This document shows positions 13,291-27,070 of a stretch of 64,000 nt of DNA, piece by piece. Each line of letters starts with the position of its first letter. Position 1 is the stretch's first letter. The translations under genes were made by a program, and so were the position numbers. The DNA lies in NCBI GenBank assembly GCA_038087875.1, contig CM075989.1:10292001-10356000 (forward strand). The letters are read 5' to 3'. This DNA comes from Malacoraja senta (Eukaryota). The notes beneath the pieces were generated by a model. It searched no databases. It saw nothing but the letters and a program-made list of their open reading frames with translations, and was not told where the DNA came from.

Positions 13291-14654
13291 ACTGTGCCTG
13301 GCAGTGCTGTGACATAGAGGCATGGAGTTGCACTCCTGAAGTTTGCTTCCAGTGATATCAATGGCAGTGGATTCAACATGCACATGTGTCTCATATTGTA
13401 AATGGACCAAACACACCATAACATTTCCATCCAATTTTACTCTGTGCTATATGTTAACTGTTATGGTTGAATTCTGTTTAACCCCTGCCAATTACTGAGG
13501 ACGACTGAGGAAGAAAGATTTCCATTTCCAAGCCCACGAATGTCTGGTCGGTCTTGTAATGCTGGAAGTACAGAGACATTAAGAGAGCTGGTAGAGGAGT
13601 CACTTCAGCTCATGGTGACTGAGCTGGGTCCCATTTCTAGTTTTATAATTGCTGTGACTTTCCTCATTCCGTGCTGATTTGAAGCCAACTCAATACCACC
13701 AGCAAACAAAAATTGCTTATGATAATTGTTCAAGAGCAGAAATGTCATTCTTCTTATAATCCACACATCAGTCGTGATGCCCAGGCAACAAATGTCGCTC
13801 GCCTGAGACATACATATGTGTACATGCACGGGTTGGCTGCCTTTAACTTGTTGATATTTGGAGCTTGAAGGTCAGTGAATACTTTACAAAAGATCTGTGC
13901 CATCAGGATTGAACAAATTCCAGGCGCAAAATCTTCAGTCAGTGCAGCCACAATGCAATTACTTGCTAAAATACAATTGTGGCTTAAATTGCAAATGATG
14001 TCTAGGTTCCATAAACAAATTCTTCCCTTCCCTTTATGCACATTTTCCAACTCCTTCCCTTACCCTCCTTTCTATCCTATCGTTTCTTTATGCTGATCTA
14101 GAACATACTCCATTCTCTTCTGCTCCCTCAGTGGAAAGTGAGATGAAAGACGATGTGGCTATGGTGGAGTGACCAGCCCAGAATTCATAGCAGGTATGAA
14201 AGGCCTTTATTAGGTCAACACACTTCCTTGTAATGGGGCTATGTTGCTGTTAGCACGATTCAAATCTCTCACCTCCACAACACTGCCTCTTGGCTTCAGC
14301 CAGAGAGAACTAACATTACTGCCAAGAAATAATGGGTGAAGGCGAGGCATTTAAATATTTATATATAAAGAAACATTCTGTCCTTCATGATCTCTGGGGC
14401 ATAGCATTGGCTTCGTAGCCAATTACAATGGTTGAGGTCAGTCACCGGTGCATTTTGGGCTTATCAGCAGGCAATTTGCACACAGCAAGATCCAAGAAGA
14501 AGCATTGCAATAATGATCTAAAACCTTTCATTCATCCAAATGGATGTAGAAGATGCTCAATTGCAGCAAATGCATTATTCATTCCAACTTCAAATTTCAG
14601 AAGTGCCCACAGTTACGAAAAGGGCATTGCCCAGAATTCATAGAGTTCTCTCTA

Positions 14655-15425
14655 CCATAGAGTCATAGAGTGATACAGTGTGGAAACAGGCCCTTCGGCC
14701 CAACTTGCCCACACTGGCCAACATGCCCAGCTACACTAGTCCCACCTGCCCACGTTTGGCCAGTATCCCTCCAAACCAGGGCCGTCTTAACGCATGGGCA
14801 CACTGGGCAGTTGCCCGGGGCCCCACGAGCATAGGGGCCCCATGCTAATCTATGTATTGTAGAATATTATTGTAGAACATGAAAACAGAGAAGAACATCG
14901 CAAGTGCATGATGGCATATTTGATTCAGCATAAAGAAACTGGAAGTGTAGGGGCCCCAGTGCATTGCTTTGCCCAGGGGCCTATAATGCTGTTAAGACGA
15001 CCCTGCTCCAAACCTATCCTATCCATTTACCTGTCTAACTGTTTCTTAAATGTTGGGATAGTCCCAGCCTCAACTACCTCCTCTGGCAGCTTGTTCCATA
15101 CACCCACCACCCTTTGCGTGAAAAAGATACCCCACAGATTCCTATTAAATCTTTTCCCCTTCACCTTAAAACCTATGTCCTCATGTCCTCGGTTCGCCTA
15201 CTCTGGGCAAGAGACTGTGCATCTACCCAATCTATTCCTCTCATGATGTTATCCACCTCTATAAGATCACCCCTCATCCTCCTGCGCTTCATGGGATAGA
15301 GTCCCAGTCTACCCAACCTCTCCCTATAGCTCAGACCCTCTAATCCTGGCAACATCCTCGCAAATCATCTCTGAACCCTTTCCAGCTTGACAACATCTTT
15401 CCTATAACATGGTGCCCAGGACTGA
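14655..15425 (-). mobile_element. CR1-like LINE 3' part, interrupted by a MITE
   Basis: MLPGLEGLSYRERLGRLGLY...MRGDLIEV on minus; tail with CATAGAGT repeats at ~14657. Confidence 0.85.
14777..15005. mobile_element. hAT-type MITE (229 bp) with 8-bp TSD
   Basis: Terminal inverted repeats (TIRs) CAGGGCCGTCTTAAC / GTTAAGACGACCCTG; TSD CTCCAAAC at 14769-14776 and 15006-15013. Confidence 0.9.
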
Positions 15426-16194
15426 AGTGGAGCTATATAAATGCAAGTTATTCTTTATAATGAATTGTTTCACTTAAAGATTAATAGGAAGTGAGGGGGT
15501 TAAAGCAGAGCATTCCGAGCTATATTCCTGTTACAAGCATTGGGGAGCATAATGTTATTGAGGTTTGTGGTTTCCTGTGAACTTTAGAGATGTTTTAAAA
15601 CCAGCAAAGAAACCAATCTGTAAGAATGTTTCCTGTAATGATTAAACTCCAACTTTCAGAACCAGTTCTCCTTTAAAGAGTATGTTGGTCAGAGCCATAA
15701 GCCTAATTCGCTTTATAAGACAGGTATGTGCTTGTTTCCCAAGTTTGCATTCCTTCGACTGTAGGCAAAAGAAGCTGAAAAACCTTTTAAGGCAGATAAT
15801 GCTTGTTTAAAACTTGCCTCTGCCAACCAGCAGGGCCAAGTTGGTCACGTCTCACTGAAAGCTAATACCGCCTGTCATTCTAAAAGGCAATTAGTGGCGA
15901 GGCCTCTCTAACTCCAGAGATGGGAAAGGGGAAGCTTTAACAGAGATTAGTGTAGAAGATGCAATGAAAAACTCTAATAGGCAGAAACTGGACCTATTTG
16001 CACACATCGATCTGGCTATCAAAGCTGTTTTGCGCATGCTGGATCACAAAGGCAATTATTTCCAGGTTGATTAGCAAACATTGGAGAGATTGGCCATAGC
16101 ACCTCTGGGCATTTAATAGCCTCATCTAATGGGCTTTGCACATTTAGTAGTGGAAATTGGGCAGCAAGTCCAACCTGTGTCCTGAGTTTTTCAC

Positions 16195-16625
16195 TCAAGT
16201 CAAGAGTCAAGAGAGTTTATTGTCATGTGTCCCAGATAGGACAATGAAATTCTTGCTTGCTGCAGCGCAACAGAATATTTTAGGCATAAATACAGATCAG
16301 ATCAGTGTGACCATATACCATAGAATATATATATATATATACACACATAAATACACAGATAAAGTGCAATAGGCTGTTCTAGTTCATAGTTTGTTTGAAG
16401 TTGTGTTTAATGGTCTGATAGCTGTGGGGAAGAAGTTGTTCCTGAATCTTGGTTGCAGATTTCAGGCTACTGTACCTTCTACCTGATGGCAGCGGAGAGA
16501 TGAGTGTGTGGCCAGGATGGTGTGGGTCCTTGATGATGCTGGCAGCCTTTTTGAGGCAGCGCCTGCGATAAACCCCCTCGATGGTAGGGAGGTCAGAGCC
16601 GATGATGGACTGGGCAGTGTTTCCA
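16195..16625 (-). mobile_element. Rex1/Babar-like LINE 3' end
   Basis: caagtcaagagtcaagagagtttattgtcatgtg tail; atgagtgtgtggccaggatggtgtgggtccttgatgatg resembles 10820-10870. Confidence 0.7.
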
Positions 16626-16948
16626 ACTCATACTAAAACAAGAGATACTGACAAAGAGATATTGATTGAAGGGTTGTCACTGGAACATCAATGTTCTGTA
16701 CACAGCCACTGCTGCCATTAAGCATCACCGACAGATCACAGAATCTCTGCATTATGCACTTCACTACAATATTTGCAACCACTGGCCCCTTGTTGACCGT
16801 GTAACATGCAGTGTTTTGTGGCTTCTCATGCATTGGGTCACAAAGTCTGACGGGTGCCTTAACTCATGGGAGAAGCCCATGTTATATTTTCGTCTTCGCT
16901 CCATCGCAGCAGTTCATCCTGCCTAGTACATGCTCTGTAACCATTAAC

Positions 16949-17549
16949 TCTACTGCAGATGTACAGGGTATCGGTGAGACCACACCTGGAGTATTGCGTA
17001 CAGTTTTGGTCTCCAAATCTGAGGAAGGACATTATAGCCATAGAGGGAGTGCAGAGAAGGTTCACCAGACTGATTCCTGGGATGTCAGGACTTTCATATG
17101 AAGAAAGACTGGATAGACTTGGCTTATACTCGCTAGAATTTAGGAGATTGAGAGGGGATCTTATAGAAACGTACAAAATTCTTATGGGGTTGGACAGGCT
17201 AGATGCAGGAAGATTGTTCCCGATGTTGGGGAAGTCCAGGACAAGGGGTCACAGCTTAAGGATAAGGGGGAAATCCTTTAAGACCGAGATGAGGAAAAAC
17301 TTTTTCACACAGAGAGTGGTGAATCTCTGGAACTCTCTGCCACAGAGGGTAGTTGAGGCCAGTTCATTGGCTATATTTAAGAGGGAGTTAGATGTGGCCC
17401 TTGTGGCTAAAGGGGATCAGGGGGTATGGAGAGAAGGCAGGTACGGGATACTGAGTTGGATGATCAGCCATGATCATATTGAATGGCGGTGCAGGCTCGA
17501 AGGGCCGAATGGCCTACTCCTGCACCTATTTTCTATGTATCTATGTATC
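16949..17549 (+). mobile_element. Young CR1/HER1-like LINE 3' fragment
   Basis: Open frame VRPHLEYCVQFWSP...RLRGDLIETYKI...FFTQRVVNLWNSLP; 3'UTR and TCTATGTA tail repeats. Confidence 0.93.
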
Positions 17550-18154
17550 TAACTCATGGGGAGCATGGGAATAACATGACAATTCCCATTGGAAACCATG
17601 TGGGTCTCATTTTCCTGCCTGACTCGGAATGAAAACCACCCTGATGATTTTTTTTTCCCCCATGTGGATTTTTCACTCACCTGTCTATTGGTTGGGAATT
17701 ATCTAACTGGCACTGACACTGACACTGACACTGCACAATTTAGAGTCCCCAAAATTATCCTATTTCTAGGCACATGTCTTCTGAATGCATAAATTATGTT
17801 TGTGCCAAGGCAACATGTGGGAATTGGTGGAGTTCTGACTGACCCCAAGACCACATCCAAGTATCTAAATTTTGAGGAAATTCGCCGCAGAGTTGCTGAG
17901 CTGGTCTGAGCTGCTGATATTACAGTGAATCGGAGGAAGGAAAAATGTACGTGGAAGCTGGTTCTAGGTGGACGTCACACCCTTTAAGTTAGAGAGGGGC
18001 TGCATTTGGCAGGTGTCAGGGACTACTGGGCAGGCAGGAAACCTCAACCTTCAATCTTGCTGGCAGGTAGTAAGTACTAGATGCCTGTTTAGATGTGAAC
18101 CAGACAGTCTGACAATGAGTAGTTAGGAGTAGTTAGACTCCATGATCACAATCA

Positions 18155-18290
18155 TGTTCATAAGTTATAGGAGCAAAATTAGGCCATTCCGCCCATCAAG
18201 TCTACTCCACCATTCAATCATGGTTGACTTATCTTTCCCTCTCAACCCCATTCTCCTGCCTTCTCCCCATAACCCCTGACACCCGTACTA
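18155..18290 (-). mobile_element. CR1-like 3' end
   Basis: Reverse complement of the tail family seen at 20960-21105. Confidence 0.75.
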
Positions 18291-20828
18291 ATCACTCATG
18301 GCTCGATGGTGTTGACTTCATGCCCCTCTTCAGATGTTTAAGAAAGAACTGCAGATGCTGGAAAAATCGAAGGTAGACAACAAAAAATTACCCGAGAAAC
18401 TCAGCATCTATGGAGAGAAGGAATTGGCGACGTTTGCACAATTACCTCCCTCATTACGGCACTGGGTGGGATGAGGTGGGTGGGCCGATGTGCTGTTGTT
18501 CAGATAAGACTTTCACCATGGTCCTGTCCCAACCGTCAACTGCTGGCTATAAACAACATCACCGACACCTACAGCACTTTGCACCACATTGATTAAACAG
18601 TAGGTTTAAGCTTATTATTGTCATGTGTACCGAGGTACAGTACAAAGCTCTGTTTTGCATGCTATTCAATCAAATTGGATAATACTATGATACAATCAAG
18701 CCAAACTCAAGTGTGTAGGAATGAACTGCAGATGTGGGTTTACAACGAAGTTAGACACAAAATGCTGGAGTAACTCATCTCTGCATCTCTGGAGAAAAGG
18801 AGTAGGTAACGCTTTGGGTCGGAACCCCAAACTCAAGTAGTGCTTTCTGTGTGCAGGATATACCCCGGTGGTGAATGCAGGGGGTCCTCTTCAGTGATCT
18901 GGCCAACATTCATCCTTCGATCAACAGCATTAAAACAGATAACGTGGCCATTATTTTGCTCTGGCTGAAACCGTGGCCAAGCTTCCGAAATGTTTCTCTG
19001 TGAAATGCTTTGAGACATGCTTGGATCCAGAAAGATACTGTAACAACCCATATTCTTTCTGTTACACACATTCCGGGAAGACAGAAATGGGGTAGCAGAG
19101 GTGTGAAGGGCCAAAAGATTTCCTGTCTTGCAAAGCCCATCCGAGGAAGCTAGTGATGTAATTGAATTTAAACCCCAGACCATCTTTCCAATGACATCAT
19201 CAGAGCAGACATGATCGATGGTTGAATATTAGCCAGATGCAGAGTAATTTTTAACAGGAGGCTGTCAGTTGTGTTTGGATTTGCACATACCTGAGTTGGT
19301 GTGGGTCCTAAATACCTGGTAAAGAAAACAAAATGCCTAAGCTTTTGTTGACAATAAAATAGCATGAAATCCAGCCTTTTATCCCATCATTTGCACAGCA
19401 TTACTGGAGTAAACAAAGAAAGGCAGATTGCTACATGAGGGCCCACCTAATTGTGTAAAGGCTTCCCAGACAACGGGCCTGTAGAACAAATTCCAGGATA
19501 TCAGGCATGGATAAAATCATATTGTACATTCTCATCGTGTGCTGTGAATGACCTCTCTGCCAATGTACTGGTTTCTGCATTGTGCTTCAAACTGCATTTG
19601 TGTCTCAAGTGCACCGTGTGCCTCAGTCTATGTCACACAGATACGCAGGCAATAGAGGGATTTGGATCGTGTGCAGGCAGATGAGATTAGTTTACCTTGA
19701 CATTATGTTCGGCACAGGCAATGTGGGCAGTAGGGTCTGTTTCTGGGCTGTACTGTTCTACGTTCTATGTCCGTGCACATCTAGGTAGCTGATGGAGTGT
19801 GTGTGCCTTTGTGCGTGCATGTGTACGTGTGTGTTATTTTACTGACTGGGAAGATAACTCAATGACTAGGCTATCTGCTGGATAAACTCAGCAGATCGCG
19901 CAGCATCTGGGAAGGGATAATGTTTTGTGACTGAAGAAGGGCCTTGACACAAAATGTTACCCATTCTCTCCAGAGATGCTGCCTGTCCCGCTGAGTTACT
20001 CCAGCATTTTGTGTCTATGTTCAATGTTTGGAGATGCTTCATCTGGACTGAGGTTAGGTGATCTTGTTTCTGGAATGGGAATGATGCAGGTCCACACTTG
20101 TCCTTACCACCACACCATCTTGTTGAACCAGGTTCTGTATTGCAGCAAGAATGAGCGGGAAGGGAGTTGGTGCAAAGACATTGCGCCGGGATCGGGTCTG
20201 TGGTGGACCCAGAGTGTAGAATTGTGGCTTGATGTCTGATTCACTCTGACTGATTGACCCTTTGCTGTGAAGGAGGAAAGCATCTTCCTAGTCAGTAAAA
20301 TTGGCGACCAAGTTCCAATTCGCCATTGATTTCTTTGGAGGTATGTGAGAATGTTGAACTTACACTAAACTTCTAGTAGGCAATGATTTCCACCTTCCTG
20401 ACCCCAACACAGAACCACTGTAGCCTGACAGCCAAAATCCATGGACAGATTTTGGAAAACATCAATAATTTCCCATACCTCATAATAATGGCAGGCATTG
20501 ATGATTATACATCAGTCTTTGGCTGCCTCCATTTATCCCTTGTATTCCACAAATCTTCTCTAGTTGGTTTTCTATGTGCTTTCTATGAGCTGACTGATGA
20601 GGTCAATATGCAACCCACAGATGATCACAGATAGGCAGACCGTTGGGAAATGGAGCACCACCTTTTTGTCATTTATGCTGGTTTCTGTGTACTCCCGAAC
20701 TATGGACCTGCTTGAATCCATCTTCACTTTCATGGGCCAGAGATTCCCAGGAGTCATTGAGAACATTACTTCTTCAATGAGGCTTTGACATCTCCTAGAA
20801 TTGTCTTCCAATTGGCTCTTTGCCTCAC

Positions 20829-21107
20829 AGAATTAAAGGATGTTCTTTTAGGAAGGAGATGAGGAGGAATTTCTTTAGTCAGAGGGTGGTGAATCTGTGG
20901 AATTCTTTGCCACAGAAGGCCATCAGTGGATATTTTTAAGGCAGAGATAGATCTTGATTAGTACGAGTGTCATAGGTTATGGGGAGAAGGCAGGAGAATG
21001 GGGTTAGGAGGGAGAGATAGGTCAGCCATGATTGAATGGCGGAGTAGACATGATGGGCCGAATGGCCTAATTCTGTTCCTATCACTCATGATCTTATGAC
21101 CTATGAT
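20829..21107 (+). mobile_element. CR1-like LINE 3' end
   Basis: tttagtcagagggtggtgaatctgtggaattc ORF end, 3'UTR, ATGACCT-like tail. Confidence 0.85.
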
Positions 21108-21182
21108 CTTTGTTGGACAGAACTTAGAATAAAGTTTCAGAAGTCAAGCGAGCTTTTGGAGCTGTTGATTAGGAGAGGACAG

Positions 21183-22245
21183 ACAGGACAAAGGAGAGTC
21201 AGTAGATGTTGTTTACTTAGATTTTCAGGAAGCCTTTGATAAGGTGCCACATGTGAGGCTGCTAAGGAAGATGAGTGCCCACAGTATCAAAGGGCAGATA
21301 CTAGCATGGATAGCAAGTTGGCTGGATGGTAGAAGACAAAGATTGGCAATAAAGGAGTCTTTTCCTGGTTGGCTGCAAGTGACAAGCGGAGTTCCGCAGG
21401 GGTCAGTACTGGGGCCACTACTTTACACATTGTATATTAATGATTTGGACGAGGGGATTGAAAGCTTTGTGACCATGTTTGCACATGATATGAAAATAGG
21501 TGGAAGGGCAGTTAGTGTAGAGAAAGCAGGGACTCTGCAGATGGACATGGACAAGTTGGGAGAGTGGGCAGAGAAGTGGCAGATGGAATATAGTGTAGCA
21601 AAATGTGAAGTCATGCATTTTGGTGGTAGGAATAAAGGCTTAGACTATTTTCTAAATGGGGAGAGAATCCAGAAATCGGCAGTGCAAAAGGACTTGGGAG
21701 TGCTGGTGCACGATTCCCAAAAAGTTAATCTGCAAGTCGAATCAGTTGTAAAGAAAGCAAACTCAATGCTAGCATTTATTTCAAGGGGGCTTGTATACAA
21801 AAATAGGGAATGTAATGCTGATGCTCTATACGGCACTGGTAAGGCCATATTTGGAATATTGAGAGCAATTTTGGGCACCATATCTGAGGAAGGACGTGCT
21901 GGCTCTGGAGAGGGTCCAGAGGAGGTTTACAAGAATGATTTCAGGAATGTGTAGGTTAACCCATGATGAGTGTTTGTCAGCACTGGGTCTGTACTCTCTG
22001 GAGTTTAGAAAAATGAGGGGGGGAAGCCACATTGAAACATACAGAATAGTGAAAGGCTTGGATACAGTGGATGTGGAGAGGATGTTTCCACTAGTGGGAG
22101 AGTCTAGGACTAGAGGTCATAGCCTCAGAATTAAAGGATGTTCTTTTAGGAAGGAGGAGGAGAAATTTCTTTAGTCAGAGGGTGGTGAATCTGTGGAATT
22201 ATTTGCCACAGAAGGCTGTAGAGACCTAGTCAGTAAATATTTTTA
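21183..22245 (+). mobile_element. CR1-like LINE RT fragment (frameshifted)
   Basis: DVVYLDFQEAFDKVPH, VTSGVPQGSVLGPLL, FAHDMK (FADD), KCEVMHFG, KDLGVLV motifs. Confidence 0.93.
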
Positions 22246-23199
22246 AAGCAATAATATTTTTAATATATTAATATCAGGCACAGGCCCTTCAAATACATTG
22301 CATTTAAAAAAATGTTTAAATTTATTTCAGTTGTTTCTAAATATCTGCAATTTTAATTAGATAATGTGTTATCAGTGATGGCGACGGAGGAAGAAATTTT
22401 GCCGAGGACATCAGGGAAAGCTACCCCCATTTTGTTTTAAATTGCTACAGGAACTCTTGCATTTAAAGTCTGGTTTAATCCTTCACTGAAAAGACAGGCC
22501 TTCTGACAAGGTTTTGGGATCAGCCACTTGAGGCCTAGTTGTCATTTGCAGCCTACTTTAGCTCATAAGTCAACCATAGCACAAGGTCCATAGCTCAGTT
22601 AAACCCGTTTAAAGTGAATACTGTTCCAGGGTTGGGGATTAGACCAGGTTCAACTTTATCTGACCTATTCACCTCATCTCTCTCTCAATATGACCCATTA
22701 AGTATTTTATCTTCTTTTCAGATTTCCAGCATATGCTTTTTTTTTTTTTTTTGACCTGCTGAAAACCAGTTGGCCACATGATAAAAATCCCCAAAATCTT
22801 CATGTAACACCTTACCTCACACAAGTCCTATCCTTCTCCAGAGAGCAGGTCTCAAATTATATCCTCAAACAACAAACACCGAGTGTCTCCTTGGCTTGCC
22901 TCCAGTCGTTCTTCACATAATGATGTACCCTCGACAAGCCCAAATATCACTCCTGCATAACCTTAAGATAATTATAGATCATACCCCTGTGCACATTCCA
23001 ATCGTTTATTTGGTGCTATTTCACCACCTGCAAACAATGAATCAATGATTTCACTGACAATCCAATTACTTGGTTTTATCCATTTACAAAGGTGCCCTTA
23101 AAGGTACAGTCCATGTTAACAACTGAACATCATAATTATGCTTGTGTGTTACCACAAGCAATGTCATGGAGATCTGTCAGTTGACCTACAGAAATAAAA

Positions 23200-23600
23200 A
23201 AAATAGCACTTCAGTAGGGCCTTTCAGATGTCGCACAGTGCTCGATATCCAATGATGTACAATAGAAGTAGAGGAAATCCAGATTGTGTGCCAGTTTCTG
23301 CACAGCAAACCCATAAAATAGCATTGCAGTAATGACTGGATGATCTGTTTTTCTGTGATGGTGATTGAGGGGAAATATTAGGCAGGTCACCAGGAAAATT
23401 ATCCAGGTTCTTTTTCTATGGAAATCTTTTACATTCGCCTGTGTCAACAGATAGATCCTTGGTTTAATAGCTCACTGGGCAGTGTGGTGCTCCCTCAGTA
23501 CTTCATTTTGATGGCAGTCTTCATTCTTGAACACAATTTTCTGAATTTGTACCCATCAGCTTCAGCGGCGAGAGGAATGCTTCTACTCAACACTATCTTC
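23200..23600 (-). mobile_element. Old Deu-domain SINE (SacSINE1/AmnSINE1-like)
   Basis: Minus-strand counterpart of 32385-32765 (ctgagggagcac, ttaaaccaagg, tttatgggtttgctgtgc). Confidence 0.6.
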
Positions 23601-23624
23601 TGACCTATGAAAACACTCGAGACT

Positions 23625-23870
23625 GCTGACGCTGGAATCTTCAGCAAGATACAAATCGCTGAGGAACTCAGCAGGCCAGGCAGCATCTGTGGAAGGAAAT
23701 GGACAGGCAATATTTCTATTCGGGGGACAGAAAAAAACACAAAGTGCTGGAATAACTCAACAGGTCAGAAACAATCTCTGGAGAACATGGATAGGTGATG
23801 TTTCGGGTTGGGACCCATCACTCGTGTATTTTTCTGTAAACCAGCATCTGCAGTTCCTTGTTTCTACATT
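23625..23870. mobile_element. Cluster of degenerate Penelope terminal-repeat fragments
   Basis: gaggaactcagcagg...cagcatctg, ggtgatgtttcgggttgggaccc and ccagcatctgcagttcc motifs. Confidence 0.65.
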
Positions 23871-26800
23871 TCTAGTCAGGACTCTTCTTCAGACAAATTG
23901 TGCATTAGCAACGATGCCATGGATATCTGCCATTTGACCTACAGAAAGAAAAAGATGCCAGTCGGAGGTGACTTTCAGATGTCGCAAAGTGCTGTACCTC
24001 TTGGCCTTTGCATATACGAGTGATTTAAAGAATTGAAATAAAAATAAAATTACTTTGAAGTGAATGATAAACAAGTAGGCAGGGGTCCATAAACCATTTG
24101 CTCCATCAAATAACACCCCAAATAGGTAAATCACGATTAATCCTAAGTATCTGCAAAATAATTCCTGTAGTTTTCTCCTGTACGGGTAAGAGCCGAGAAA
24201 AGCTAGCCTATGTTGAAATATTATGCTGAGGTTGAACCTGCTGTAATTAACCACATTCAAAGGTTTCAAAGGTCTTTTATTGTCACGTGTATGGTGATAT
24301 GCGAATTACCATACAGCCATCCTAAAAAAAAAGCAACAAGGCATACAACTACATAAAAGTTAACATAAATAGTCCCCACATTCCTCTCTGTGATGGAAGG
24401 CAATAAAGTCCAATCTTCTTCAAAGTGATTGCTTAAATAGTTATCAGGTGCGAATGAATGAGTTAAAACTTTCTTAGAGGGGCTCCGTCTTCATGGAAAA
24501 GCTAGAAAAAAAGTTTACAATACAATAAATGTGGCCCCTACTGAGACACGGGGTCTCTGCTGGGTTCTGCCAAACAGGCTAGGCCAGTCTTTCCTTTTAA
24601 CTAATGTTTTTAATCTGCACTGTTGTTGCCGGTAGGCAGGGGGACATTAGGAGTTGTACGGCTCTTTGGCACCATGACCTGTGCCCTGCATCACGACACC
24701 TTTGACATTTTAAGTCAATTTGCAAAATCTGAATTTGTAACTGAGATATTTGAGGAGATCAAAAGCTTTATAAGTATTAAGAATGGTCTTAAAGGAGGAG
24801 AGAGAGGTGGAGGGGACGAGCGAGGGAAATGTATCTGGACCAACAATGAAGAGATACAGCCTGGAGACATTATCAAGTGACTCTAGTCCAGGGTGTGTAT
24901 CTAGCTGTTTAATCAACAGATGTGGCATTGTCTGTAATGCTTTGTGATTGAATAGCTTGCTAACAGTAAATGTCTGGGTCTCACCCGCACGAATATTTAC
25001 ATACCTGCACTCAAACGAATACACGTACACTAACGCAGGCACATGCTTGTATCGACACACATATATAGACATGCTTTGACATGCACACTCACGTGCACAT
25101 TCACTCACAGAGCCACATGCATATACACCCATGCTAACTGTAACAGACAGACCATACACACACACATGCTCACAAATTTACGCACTCAAAACACACGACT
25201 CGCTGGCAAAGATTCAGCTCCTTTGGGAAAAGTGGTGAGGGGTTGTCCTCACCCACAGAATCACTGTCCTGTGAGAGAGGAACATGAAGTTTGTGGCAGA
25301 TTTTCGCCTTTCACTGTCACAGGGTAAAAGACATAACCTTGGTGCTACTTACATTTTTTCTGACATGAACTGCATCCTGTTCAAAAGACATCACATGAGG
25401 ATCAGGCAAGGGTTTAAATTATAACAGTGAGATTTTTACAAGGTGCAGACATGATATTCGGGCTTGTGCCCTTCTGATGTGCCAGCTGTCTGCTCCACTC
25501 TTGTTTCCCCAGGGTGCAACAGCCCTTGTCTTTATTAACTCCTTTCCAGGCTGCAGACTGCAGTTCAAGGACAGTGCATGCCACAGTTCAGTGCCTTGTC
25601 AAAATACCCCACCAGTCAGGCTGCAGAACGCCCCTGGACTCGCATGCTGCAGCGTAAATAATATTATTGAAACTGGGCAGAAGGAGCAATGGGCGGGGTA
25701 GGTGAGGGGATGGGGAGGTGTGTTGGGGGAGAATTGGCAAAGAGATGAGTGAGGGGTGATGTGGGAGGAGGGATGGTGGGGCAGAGTAATGCTGTGGGTG
25801 GGGGTGGGGGGGAGGAAGGGGAGTGGGGGGGGGGGGGGGTTAGTGCAGAGGCTAACTGCACAGCACAGAATCAACGATAAAAGAAGTGTTTTCCCCAAAC
25901 CAAGCTGCTTTACTTGAGACCAGTTTTATTTAGTTGCTATTTGCTCTTGTGACCTAATTACTCTGTAAACAGGAAGCAATCTAGTTTTCCTCAGTTTAAA
26001 CAAAATACCAATGCTCTTTTCGAGGCTGACCTTTGATTGACTTCACGCTCAGAGATTTTGAATGGAGTACGTTCTTATCCTGCTGCCGTTCAGCTTCTTG
26101 AATGGTCGGGAGAAGGTAATGATTCCTTGCAGGAACAGCACCTCGAGCCAGTCCTGACATTCAGTTACGTCAAGGCCGCCCTGCACCTAAACTCCTTTCA
26201 ATTCACATTACTTTAATACCCATTGGCAGCAAAACCTCCTCAGCCTCAGGTTTTAAATTACTTGTTTAAGTGGCCTGCAGCTTTTTGTGGGCAAGTATTT
26301 CTGAGAAATGGCTCTTTAGGCCTGGGCGGTTCTGACTTATTTCTGAAATATGATCTCTTGTACCTGAGAGGCAATGCCTTGTTTCTGGGGAATGAACCCT
26401 GATGTTAAGGAGATAATCCCTATTTCTGGTACAATTCCCTACATTTGTATTCAGAAGGGTGTGATTGCATAGTTGTTAATTTACTAGCCTAATACAAATA
26501 GAGTTTTAGACCATTGATCCAGAGATGTAAGTTTGAAGTCACTCAGCAGATCGGAAATAAATTTCAAGTAATTAAAAGAACCCAGAAATGAAACTCCAAC
26601 TGCTTCACCATTCCCCTGTATGTGATTCCAGAGTCACCTATCTATCTGTTGACTCTTAGGTGCCTCCTCAGTTCAGAGACAATTAATAAATGCTGGCAAT
26701 GCCAGTGACATACAAATCACATGAAGGGCTAAATAAAGCTTCTTGGGAACAAATCCTTTCTGTCTGTCTGTCTGTCTGTCTGCCTTTATGGAGTCAGCTT

Positions 26801-27070
26801 TCTTTGACTCAGGAAAGGTTGGGATGAGGGAGGAAATGTCTGAATCTTCCTTCCCTTGTTACATTCACTTCTGAGCCGTTCTCATTGACAATCAGTACAA
26901 TCTTCCCCCGGTTGAGACAAACAATAGCACTTACTCCCACACCACCCATCCCCTCACTCTCCACAACCCAGATGCTCTCCTGACCAAGATTAATTCACAA
27001 AGAGCTGGGACTTTGCTGCCTCTCTGCAACCTCAGTAGAACAGAGGCAGATCGTCTGATCCAGATGACAT

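Noticed and set aside
24990-25200. CA-rich ORFs (also 5220-5360)
   Set aside because: Degenerate (CA)n/(TG)n simple repeats.
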